Origin: Leptogorgia sarmentosa
Lineage: Eukaryota
Assembly (NCBI GenBank): GCA_964658305.1
Contig: OZ210885.1
Coordinates: 25,482,001-25,546,000 of the forward strand
Direction: 5' to 3'
Length of the DNA: 64,000 nucleotides
Under the pieces are notes generated by a model. That model did no database searches, had not been told where the DNA came from, and worked only from the letters and a program-made list of their open reading frames with translations. The position numbers were made by a program, and so were the translations under genes. Of the stretch, positions 1 to 11,111 are shown in pieces; the stretch's first letter is position 1, and each line of letters starts with the position of its first letter.

Positions 1-1028
1 TGTTGTGTTTATTTTGCGACACCCTGTATTATAAACCCCCACCCTTCAACAGTCCTGAAAACCCTGTGGATTACCTACAGTGGCAGAGATTCCTGTAATT
101 AAGGTTATAATTTAGGCTATTTTGTATAATATCGATAATCACCATCGTATACATAAGTATAATCATTATACTTACGTATGTGATGTCAAATTCAAATATG
201 TAGCCATGTCGCCACATTGCCACATAGCCGGGGGATACAAAGTAATGGCTTGAGGTTGAGGGGTATTCTATAATTGTACCCTAATTTCAAGGGAAGGGAA
301 TTCAGAGTCTTGTTCAATACTTCTGACTTACATCATGTTATCAAAGTGTTTGCATCCCATTTGACGTAAAGGGTGTTCAATGTAATTGAAGAGTGGATTT
401 GTCAAATAGATTATTTAATGTATCAAAACGGAATGACAATTTCCAAAGCCGAATTGACAAGGATGAGGCAAGAGAACAAAGGGCTGATAGAAAGAATGGG
501 TCTTCAGAAGCAAGAGAACAAAGGGCAAATAGAAAGAATGAGTTTTTGGAGCCAAAGGAGAAAAGGCTGGCTGAACAAAGATCTGACAGGAAGAACGATT
601 GTACTGAAAAAAAGAGAAAAAAGATTAGCCAAACAAAGATTTTATAGACAGTTGGCAAGAGAAATGAAAGAATCGTCAAAAACTATGAACTCAAAAAGTC
701 TGGTTAGGCCAGCCAGTGTAGATATGTACAGCTGTATATTTACAGGTCCACTGCATGTATATGTTGTTGTGAGCAGTTGTGGTAAAAACAGGGCCGTAGC
801 GAGTGGGTAAGGATTGGCAGGGGTGTGCAGGGTTAATTTGCCGAGTGATGTTAGTGCAATTTGCCTACTTTTTCTATTAAATGTTTTTTATCGAGTCTTT
901 GTTACATTGTGATCGTTATCGGTATACTGAGTCTTCATTTTACAGTTGTATTATATCTGTTCAAATGTTTACTCTAGGTAATAAGTTGAAAGCAATATTT
1001 TTATATTCGAATGTAAGTTTAGGATATA

Positions 1029-1720
1029 CAGGGTGTATAAAAAAACGCAATCCTATGTTCAAATACAATTTTCATAATGAAAGGAAATAGAAAATAGGGT
1101 ATATTTACCACCGTTAGAAAGCTCTATCATTCCGCTTTCTTAAGACTGCTTGTTTGTTAAATTTGAGCAAGTAATGTTATTTTTAGTAAGTGTGATTGGA
1201 CAATTTAAAATTTGACATAGCTTGAATTTTATTAAAAATTTAACTTTAGTTGGTTACAATCATTCAACGTGGCCTGGCTTTCTCAGCAAACACAAATCAC
1301 TTCGACGTTGCATTTCCCGTGCAACTCTTCTTATTAGTTCATGATTTCCACGTAAAGCATCTGCTTCAAGCTGTATCTGCCTGTATTTATGTACGTTATG
1401 CCAAACGGTCGTCGAATTTGGGACTTATCGATCCGGGAGAGCTATTCAAAACAAACTTAAAACTTCCCGAATACTTTTTGTTACAAAGTAACCTTCAACA
1501 ATAAAAGTTATTTCTGCTGTAGTGAGCTGTGGCATGATGCCTAAGACTTTAAAATTATTTCACGAAAATATTTCAAACAAAATATTTGCATGCAACGATA
1601 ACATCCCCCTTGGAATTAAGAACGTCGAATTCGAAACATCTAAAAATGATTGCGTAGTTTGTTCTTCACAAATTTCAGTTGCATTGTGTAAGCATCAACC
1701 TGATTATCGAGTGGGAGGGC
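1029..1720 (-). mobile_element. Internally deleted Tc1/mariner-superfamily (DD37D/maT-like) element, copy 1; one end only
   Basis: TA followed by terminus CAGGGTGTATAAAAAAACGCAATCC at 1029. Near-identical sequence recurs at 29318-29624 plus 41060-41380, where the minus strand encodes an HTH-type transposase N-terminus. The distal boundary is approximate. Confidence 0.7.
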
Positions 1721-1728
1721 TTTAACAG

Positions 1729-2200
1729 CTAATGCGTCAGGTGATTGTGAAGGTGGAAATAATGAAACAGCAGAGTTCTTTCAGATACATCAATTGGTGG
1801 TGTCAAACACTTCAACAAACTTAAACGGCCCTTCTGGCATTGTGAGAACATCAAGGACTTTGTGAAATTGGTTTCTGTAGTAGGTTTGAAGTGAAAACAC
1901 AGTGGTTGTGTGTGCTTGCTCGTCGACATGTCTGGGCGCTTTTCTAGGGCGATGATAACCGTTGAAATCTGCCTCAGCATCAATTTTCGATGTTGCCGGC
2001 AAAGATTACGGATGCTTCAATTTGATCATCTTGTCGTCATCTTGTCACTGTTGTAAGATGCCTAAATTACCACGTACAAGACCAGTTCCATCCAAAATAT
2101 TGAGTTCCACTGATTGCAGCTGCACCACAAGACTTTTCATTTTATATGCAATGTTTTTCATGAACATCAGTGCAACGATGAAATCAAGCTAAAGCATCTT
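1729..2200 (-). pseudogene. Probable hAT-type transposase C-terminal fragment
   Basis: Minus-strand peptide HRPRKAPRHVDEQ...YYRNQFHKVLD resembles the RxRKxPRRxD...YRxxFxxxLD region of ZMYM1-like hAT transposases. Stops and frameshifts present. Confidence 0.4.
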
Positions 2201-3215
2201 TTTCTTTAAAGGACATTGGCAACGAAAATTCTTATTGCCCATATTGATAGACCAAACCTACGGAATACTTAATTTCCTAGTTTAAGCTGCCCAAAGCGTT
2301 TAGTTGAGAAAATTGATGAAAATGTTCAACAGTCGTCCCCCATTTTGAAAAAAACCGCTTATGCTAATTTATGCAGAATTTATTATGTGACGTCATAAGA
2401 TGGGTTCGATGCAAAATACAACTATACGATGTACATGACTTTAGCACTAAAGTTGCTCTAAAATCATTTTATGGAAAAACTACTTATAAACCGCAAAAAA
2501 TTGAAAGTCGTTGCGTAGTATCAAGTGTCTGCCAATATTTTCACGACGTCATTTGGAACATACGCGTGTGTTTGCGCTGTTAAAACGAACTTACATTTTG
2601 ACAACATATATGCTCCCCAGACAATAGACATTTACGACACACATGCATCAACCCATCATATATTGTATTGTAGAAATATCTTGTTATTGTCATTTAAGAA
2701 ATTCTATACTATAACGAACGCCACCGATAGTCATTCACATAAACTATTATATTTAACTTTGTACAGAAAATTTTATTTGTATCAGTGGGTTTGTGCACAC
2801 TAGCGGCGGTGCTGCTATTGCGTGTGCGCTCCAGATTTACAGCGGGGGTTGCAAAAGATATATCTGTGTTGATGGGATGTCGCGCTTTTTGTCACGGACC
2901 AGCAAAGTTGGAAAATATTATCGAAAAAATTAGGGCAAGTCTACAGTAGATCATGGGCCTTAGTGCACACCAGTACATGTTCAGTCAGGGTAGCAGCTGG
3001 CTAGCACCTGTTGACATCACCTATGGGCTGTGCGTGACCACCAAGTTTGAAAAAATATTATCTGTGAATTTAGCTTGACAGTAAGCAAAGAAAAAATTAA
3101 ACATTTCACAGCTGTTTTCCTGATTATCTTTATCTAAACTTTCACATGTTTTTCTTTCCAGTAATACTTGCCAAAACTGCAAAACAGCATGCATTGTTTG
3201 CGAGATAGCTCTATA

Positions 3216-6200
3216 TATACACCACAAACACGTTAAACACTGTTTGGTGTATGGTTGTAACAGTGATTTTAAAAAAGCGAAGTCCACCGGAATCCATTTT
3301 TTTGCCTTTCCAAATGCAAAATCAGCAGACCAACAGTACAGACGAAAAGCATGGATTGAATTTTGCAAACGAAAAGCGTTCAAGCCAACAAATTGTACGA
3401 AAATATGCTAACTGCATTTTGAATGCATTTTGTGCAAGCCGCGTATGAACAAGGGAATTCGCCACAGTTTCTCCAACAAATTGAGTGCAAGGAACGTTTA
3501 GAGTACACGACTGAAAAAAGATGCTTTGCCAACACTAAATAAACCCTTGGCGTTGTTGGGGTCAAGCCTCAACATAAAAGCAAGGAGCTATTCTCAGAGA
3601 AGGCAGCAAAAGAAGGTAATTATTCTCTCTTCAAAATCAGTAAGCATGCATAGACTGTATTCCCTATTTGTTTCGAAAACCAAATTATATGTCATATCAC
3701 AAATATGCTATATCTGACCTCGTATGCCACGAAGCAGAAACATCGACAGGCATAACAGACGCAGAGGACGAAGAGGAAGATGACAACTACGCTGCGCCGG
3801 TGAGTGTGGAATCTACGGAAGAGTCAGAATTAGATCCGGAGGAGGGTACGTCAAGAGACACGAGCTTCACAGAAACGTTGATGTCCATCACTAGAGAACG
3901 GTCAACACAGGCCAACCTGAAACCAAAATCAAAATCGACCAAAACACAGACTGATGTACTTGCGACTTCGACGTTTTTTCAAACTAAAGTGCCCCTGGTG
4001 GATAAAGCTACCGGCACCACAGACCTAAACACAACTGAGACCGATACCGCGCTGGAGGAAAACATTCCAACAGACACAGCTACGGAGGTCGATGTACAGA
4101 GCGTCCATAGTGGCGTTAGCGAGGAATCCTCTGGTCCATCAATCGAACCATCATCTAGTGATGAAAGCGACGAGAACCCCGATGAGACAGACTGCAATTT
4201 AGTCAAGCGCACAATTCTGATTGAGAGGAAACCACCACAAGACCAGATGAAGTTTGTTGTGTTCAAGGAAGCAATTTTACACGTTTTTGGGAAATGCTAT
4301 CAGTGCGGTTCGAAGACTACTATAACAGTGGAAAGTCAGATCGGGTCATGCTGCAAAATCTGTTCCTCATGTACGGTTGAAAACACCCATTACTACGAGT
4401 GGACAACTGGCCCCCTAAGCAACAAAACGCCTACGTTCCATTTACTTGTCGCCTCAGGAATTCTTGCCTCAGGAATTCTTGCCACAGGAATGGAGACAAG
4501 TAAAGTCCTACGCCTCTTCGACTGTTTAAAAATTCCAAATGTGAAGCAGTGTGAGCTCTCTATTATTTTTAAAAATTACATTATCCCTGGTATCTACAAT
4601 GTTTGGCGAACGGAACAAAATGCGCGAATGAAAGAAATTGAAGGGGAACAAATAGTGGTTGCATCTGACATACGTGTTGACAGCCCTGGGCACAGTGGTC
4701 TTTTTGGCTCTGGTAGTACGCTTGACATGGGACGAAATATCATCCTGGATACACAAGTAATTAAGGTATAAGCGGGATAAGTTATATCTTCATGTTCTCC
4801 GGGACTTGATATTATCCCTACCCCAGGGGTCATGATTGATTGCGTTTGATTCATAGAAAAGTTTTTCTACGATCGTAGAGTTATTTTATAATCATTATTA
4901 TTTACAGTCAACAGAGGTGAAAAATTCTAATGCCATGGAACTGAAATCTCTGAAACGACAGAAGAAGTATCTGGAGGAGAGTAATGTTCAGGTGACCAAG
5001 TTAGTTACAGATCGGCATGTTCAAGTTTCAGCATATATGGCAAATGAGAAAACAGATGTTGAACATTCCTATGACGTCTGGCATGTTGCAAAAGGTAACT
5101 AGTTGAGTAGGTACTTAGGAGGGGTAATATATGCAGTACAGTCCAGGACAGCCATAAGCAATCTAAGTCATAATTAACAGACAATGCGGGTCTCAATTTA
5201 TATACAAATGCACTCTAATTTTGAAGGTGAAAAGAAGAAATTGCAAAAGCTGGTGAAGAAGAACAAATTTCAATCGATTAAACCATGGATTGGGGTAAGT
5301 AATTAAATAAGTGGGAGGTATTATCACCAAAAACTAATTTTATTTAAATTATGATTTAAATTATGTCTCATGTATGTTCTAGTCAATAGTTAACCATATA
5401 TACTGGATTGGTGACTCAGTAAAACAGCTGATGAGAGGGAAGAAAAATGGCGGAGCCTACTTAACCACATCGTCAACATTCACAAACATGCTGGCAATAA
5501 GATATTTGTTGAATGTTGTCACGGTGAACTCCAGCGAGAATGGCTCAAACAAGGTTGAGTAATTTGTTTATGAGAAACAATGTCGTACTTTTGGTGATTT
5601 ATAGGTATAGGTTATGGGCCTCAGTATGTTTGCAACAATTATTAATTTTGTTAACTTATTCATATTTCGTTTATGTTACAGGATCTGCTGCTTACAAAAT
5701 GTTAACAGAGATGCTCTTGAAGCCAAGATTGATCACCACAATCCGCAAACTTTCCCAATACCATCAGACATCAGACATCTGGTTTGGAGGCGAAACATGC
5801 TCTTGACAACCTAATGGCATAAGAGAACACATACCATTCCTACCATTCATTAAGCGCAACGTGTGTTCTGCCATGCATGATAATAACTATGTAAGTGACC
5901 CATTTTCTAACACTGATTTTTTAAATATTTCTAACAGATTGTACTGTTCAAACATGCACTACAATGAAAATAGCAATAGACGACAAGCAACAACCTCCGA
6001 TGGGAAACTTAGATGGGCAATTTCATATCCTAAAGCTTTCAAGGGAGAAAAGGCAGTGGCAAAACCACTGAAGGAAAAACCAACCTATAGTAATTATATC
6101 ATTTTAATAGATATAAGCAATTCAAGTGGTATTAATTCACTACAATGCAAATAGCAGACAATTGCTAAATTTGGTTTATTATAATTCAATTGTATAGGAT

Positions 6201-6544
6201 ATGTGCAGTTAATCTTAAATGAGGTGGTCCATTTACGGAATTTGTACCAAACGTTGGAGAAGGCCGAAGCTCATAGAAATGCTGTACTACCTCCTGAACC
6301 ACGGACACTTGTGGAGCAGTATTTGGAAGGGAAGGAGAGGCTTTCTAAGGAACAGGTGGTTTCATGCCGAAAGACCCGGTTCAGCAAACCAGCACTGCCT
6401 ACAAATAGAGAGAGAGTATCAGACCAAAGGCCTTGCTCATGTAAAGGGAAATGTGCAACAAGGAAGTGTAATTGCAGGGCACAAGATGTATTATGTGGTG
6501 ACAATTGTAAATGCCAGTTTGAAAAGTGCAAAAATAGACAGTGA
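3216..6544 (+). pseudogene. Multi-exon THAP-domain Kolobok transposase with C-terminal Cys-rich (CRC/tesmin-like) domain
   Basis: THAP: CLVYGCNS..FFAFP..RKAWIEFCKR..KIC*LHF..ALPTL. Catalytic blocks ASDIRVDSPGHSG (~4660), LVTDRH and SYDVWHVAK (4908-5094). Further GT-AG exons near 5228, 5383, 5682, 5938 and 6198. C-terminus CSCKGKCATRKCNCRAQDVLCGDNCKC. In-frame stops and frameshifts. Confidence 0.8.
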
Positions 6545-6702
6545 GACAGATCTGGATACTGTCTTGTTTGGCAAAGTTATGTAGTTTGGGATTTGGAACA
6601 CAAATATATGATGTAAATAGAATTTATAAATTATTTGGGGTTTTAGATTTTGACTTATTATGCGACTAGTATTGTGAGAATGGCCAGTATTAAAATATGA
6701 GA

Positions 6703-6993
6703 TTACCTTTTCGATGTTTTTGCATATTTGAAATGCGTGTAAAGTCCATCGGGGGAGGCGAATCTTTCTCGTATTTTTGAATAAATACAAGCAGGGAAAC
6801 GTCTTCGATTTTTCTTTCCCAAAATTTGAAATATCCAACGAGAGCATCTCTGCAACCAGTCGATACAGACCTGTCTTATCTTCCGTCTTTGAAAGATCCA
6901 GCAGTCTTTACATATCATACAACAACTGAGAGTCTGTCTGTATGCTCTTCGTCGGGAGTAGTATCTGCCATAACTGACAACATACCTGCACAT
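6703..6993 (-). pseudogene. KolX / P2X7-intracellular-domain-like gene, 3' fragment
   Basis: RWIFQILGKKNRRRFPACIYSKIRERFASPDGLYTHFK aligns by eye with WRYKKLGRGNRRVCPSCVVLAIRQLHPAQDGIYMGFK at 15740-15861. Lies tail-to-tail with the transposase. Confidence 0.7.
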
Positions 6994-7649
6994 TTAACTT
7001 CCTCTATTAGGCCTGGTATATACAGCGTGCTGTGAGCGCACTGAACTAATAAGTTCGCTCATAGCACGCTGTTTAAATCAAATTGGTTCACTCTCTGAAT
7101 TAGGTTCACTCCTGACCATGCCGTTCACTCGTCGGAGGCGTGCCAAACACTCATAGCACGGTTAAGCACGGCTTTGATTTAAACCACCGTGCCATTCAAC
7201 TGTAACTGAATTGATATTTTAGCTGTTCAGACACTAAAATAGGGGGAGGGTGTGCGAAAGTTTCACACAATCGACATTTGAACGATCTTTTTTATTTTAA
7301 GTTAGTCACATGACAGTTGCAAGTTTGTTCAACAAACACATGGGTTTTAGTATATCAGAGAGCGATATATTTCAAGTAAAATAAAAGAGTTAAAAATCAT
7401 TTGTGAGTCGTTGGTGTCTCAGGAAACTGTGGAATATTTCCCACATTCCATCAAGTGGGAAATGAGGAGTTATCAATGCAGAAGTTTGTGTTATCTAAAG
7501 CCTGCCGCACACGAGAGCTTTCAGCTTAGCTACCCAGTGGGCACATGACGTTCTTTCGACGTCGAATCTTGGTTGAAAACAAGTCGCGACGTCGCCAACC
7601 TCAAACTGATGTTGTTTCAAGGATGATTTGCAAGCGTTAGATCAACGTC

Positions 7650-9090
7650 AGAAGATTAACGTTGTTGTAACGTTGGATCATAGTTGACACTGTTACCTCG
7701 AAATGGCAACATCATTTCGATGTTGTTTCTTCGTCATCCACCAAACATTCAACAGACGTCAGTAAAGAGACGTTTTTTTAATGTTGAAACATAGTAGACC
7801 AGCTGACGTTACAATCCCAACCAATACTGAACATTGTTTCAACATATTTTCATTAAATGTCGAACCAACGTTACTAAAGAGACGTTGTTGTAAAGTTGAA
7901 ATGTGGTAGACTAGCTGACGTTGGACGGGCAACTAAAATTCAACGTTGTTTCAACACATTTTCAATAAACGTTGATTTGACGTCACTGAAGAGACATTGT
8001 TTTAACGTTGAAATATGGTCGACCAGCTGAGGTTACAATGACAACCAATATTCAACGTTGTTTCAACACATTTTCCATGAAAGTTGATATAATGTCACTG
8101 AAGAGACGTTGTTTTAACGTTGAAACATGGTAGACCAGCTGACGTTACAATGACAACCAATATTCAAAGTTGTTTCAACACATTTTCCATGAACGTTTAT
8201 ATAATGTCACTGAAGAGACGTTGTTTTAACGTTGAAACATGGTAGACCAACTGACATTACAATGACAACCAATATTCAACGTTGTTTCAACACATTTTCC
8301 ATGAACGTTGATTTGACGTCACTGAAGAGACATTGTTTTAATGTTGAAATATGGTCGACCAGCTGAGGTTACAATGACAACCAATATTCAACGTTGTTTC
8401 AACACACTTTCCATGAAAGTTGATATAACGTCACTGAAGAGACGTTGTTTTAACGTTGAAACATGGTAGACCAGCTGACGTTACAATGACAACCAATATT
8501 CAAAGTTGTTTCAACACATTTTCCATGAACGTTTATATAATGTCACTGAAGAGACATTGTTTTAACGTTGAAACATGGTAGACCAACTGACGTTACAATG
8601 ACAACCAATATTCAACGTTGTTTCAACACATTTTCCATGAACGTTGATTTGACGTCACTGAAGAGACATTGTTTTAATGTTGAAATATGGTCGACCAGCT
8701 GAGGTTACAATGACAACCAATATTCAACGTTGTTTCAACACATTTTCCATGAAAGTTGATATAACGTCACTGAAGAGACGTTGTTTTAACGTTGAAACAT
8801 GGTAGACCAGCTGACGTTACAATGACAACCAATATTCAACGTTGTTTCAACACATTTTCCATGAACGTTTATATAATGTCACTGAAGAGACATTGTTTTA
8901 ACGTTGAAACATGGTAGACCAACAGACGTTACAATGACAACCAATATTCAACGTTGTTTCAACACACTTTCCATGAACGTTGATTTGACGTCACTGAAGA
9001 GACGTTGTTTTAACGTTGAAACATGGTAGACCAACTGACGTTACGACAACTAACATAGAGAGACGTTGTTGAAACGTCGAAACATGGTAG
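7650..9090. repeat. 112-bp tandem satellite (about 12 units) with 3-unit 336-bp higher-order structure
   Basis: AAGAGAC recurs at 8101, 8213 and 8325 (period 112). Variant AAATATGGTCGACCAGCTGAGG recurs at 8011, 8347 and 8683 (period 336). Confidence 0.95.
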
Positions 9091-9109
9091 TAAATGATAT
9101 ATATATATA

Positions 9110-9355
9110 CAGGGGGAGGACAAAAAAAAAGTGGCCCCCAGAACAATTTGGTTTATAAGCGGCAAGCTCCACAACCTTGCAGATTTAAAGATATATACTT
9201 AAATGAACAATAAACTAGGGTGAACAATAAAAATTAACATTTTGCTCAGGTCGTACTCTAACCAAACGGGGTCTGCATTCCTGATAACTTGAGAGAGATA
9301 TTTTTCAGTAAAAACTGAATTTTTATCGAGGCCACTTTTTTTTGTCCACCTCCTG
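9110..9355. mobile_element. Tc1/mariner-type MITE
   Basis: CAGGGGGAGGACAAAAAAAAAGTGGCC ... GGCCACTTTTTTTTGTCCACCTCCTG, flanked by TA. Confidence 0.85.
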
Positions 9356-9361
9356 TATATA

Positions 9362-10908
9362 CAGTGAGACCCACGGTATTAGTTTGGTACGATATTAGTG
9401 CATTGTAGATTACATGTTTGGAGGATTAAACATAATACGGGTGAATTTTGTTTGGTTCATGGTAGAAACAATATTGCAATGATTACATTTCATATTAGTC
9501 ACATGACAACAAAACCCAGGTGTTCCTCCATAAAAGAGGTGGTCCACGCTATTAGTTTCATAAATTGCCGAGCAATATGGGAAGTAGAAAAGACCTAACC
9601 TTAGCCAAGAAAGCCATTATTATGAAAGAAATAGCAATAACCAACACTACAAAAGCAATTTTTAAAAGATTTGATGGTCATGTTGTGACAATGACAAGAT
9701 TTTTGCGAAATCCATGTTTCAATAGGAAACTTCATGGTAATCGCGCCGAATAAAACCAGTGTCAAAGCGGAATAGGAGCTGGATAACCAGTAAGTTGCGT
9801 AAAATGCCTCCTGCAGCTAGTGGACAATTTGCCCAGAAAGCTGGTCCGCTCGATCTTCCAAAAACCACTCCCAATCGTGGACCTGCGAAGACAGGTTCCA
9901 TGGAGTAAATGAAGAAATTTTGACCATTCCCTGCTAGACACATTCATTTGAGGATGGAATGGGCGAGAAAATACATGAGGACGAACACAATGTTTGTTCT
10001 TTTCACTGACGAATCAAGGTCGACACTGGATGGTCCAGATGGCTGGAGTAAAGGATGCGATGAGGAATACCCTAAGAGGATGAGACGCCAACATGGTGTT
10101 GGAGGATTATGAACGGGAATGGAATCATCGCAGATGCCCAAATTGATCGCTTCCGTGTGCCTGAAGGTCAGAAGTTGTCTTCTGCTACGTATTGCCCTTA
10201 CCTGAAGAAATCCCTTCAGTCACAGTTGGATAAACTTCCTTTAGCAACATTGAAGAAGATTACCTTAACGCATGTCACAGGCAGCAAAGGCAACAACGCA
10301 ATTTCTTCAGTCGTTTGGTTTTGTGAACAAAATCATAATGGTTTGGCAACTACTTGTGGTTGATAATAAAGTGTCATGTTTATATCATCTAGATGGAACC
10401 CATCTTGGCAGGTGCACGATTGCGAGTGGTTTTTGCAACATCGAGGAGACCAGCTTTCTGTGCAAATTTTCCACTTGCTGCTACAGGCATTTTACGCAAC
10501 TTACTCGTTGCTCAACTCATATCCTGCTTTAAAATTGGCTTTAATAGTTACGATCAGAATGAAATTTCCACTTGAAGAATGGATTTTGCAAAAATCTTGT
10601 CATTGTCACAACATGACCATCAAATCTTTCAAAAATTGCTATTTCTTTCATAATAATGGCTTTCTTGGCTAAGATTAGGTCTTTTCAACTTCCCATATTG
10701 CTCGGCAATTTATGAAACTAATAGCGTGGACCACCTCTTTTATGGAAGAACACCTGGATTTTGTTGTCACGTGACTAATATGAAATGTAATCATTGCAAT
10801 ATTGTTTCTACCATGAACCAAACAAAATTCACCTTTATTATGTTTAATCCTCCTCATATGTAATGTACAATGTACTAATATCATACCAAACTAATACCGT
10901 GGGTCGCA

Positions 10909-10911
<3 letters not shown>
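9362..10911. mobile_element. Tc1-like element, foldback derivative with two 5' ends
   Basis: CAGTGAGACCCACGGTATTAG / CTAATACCGTGGGTCGCACTG termini in TA runs. Arms of ~550 bp are inverted and both carry the transposase start MGSRKDLTLAKKAIIMKE. The centre holds EWARKYM..VLFTDESRSTLDGPDGW. Confidence 0.85.

Positions 10912-10945
<34 letters not shown>
10912..10945. repeat. (TA)n microsatellite
   Basis: Direct reading of the sequence. Confidence 0.95.
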
Positions 10946-10949
<4 letters not shown>

Positions 10950-11111
10950 CGAGTTATATATATACATAAAGTTTTGGTTAACGAAATGCCAAAAGAGTGC
11001 TCAATACCATATAGATAGAGCAAATAGTATAGTTTTGCCTCAAAAAGGTGCCACTACAGCCTGTTTCATCCAAAAGGAATCATCAGATGGCTATATATAT
11101 ATATATACACA

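Larger units (their letters stand above)
2210..6993 (+). mobile_element. Kolobok DNA transposon 1 (decayed, right end not found)
   Basis: TTAA (2206-2209) followed by AGGACATTGGCAACG. Contains a THAP-DDE transposase on + and a convergent KolX-like 3' fragment on -. Confidence 0.7.

Noticed and set aside
373..810. ORFs with EAREQRA / QENKG repeats
   Set aside because: A short low-complexity duplication with no recognisable domain; cannot be assigned.
7650..9090. Regular palindromic repeats resembling a CRISPR array
   Set aside because: Units are contiguous with no unique spacers, there are no cas genes, and the context is eukaryotic. It is a satellite.
10960..11092. Possible Penelope-like end fragment between TA runs
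   Set aside because: Too short, with no coding evidence.
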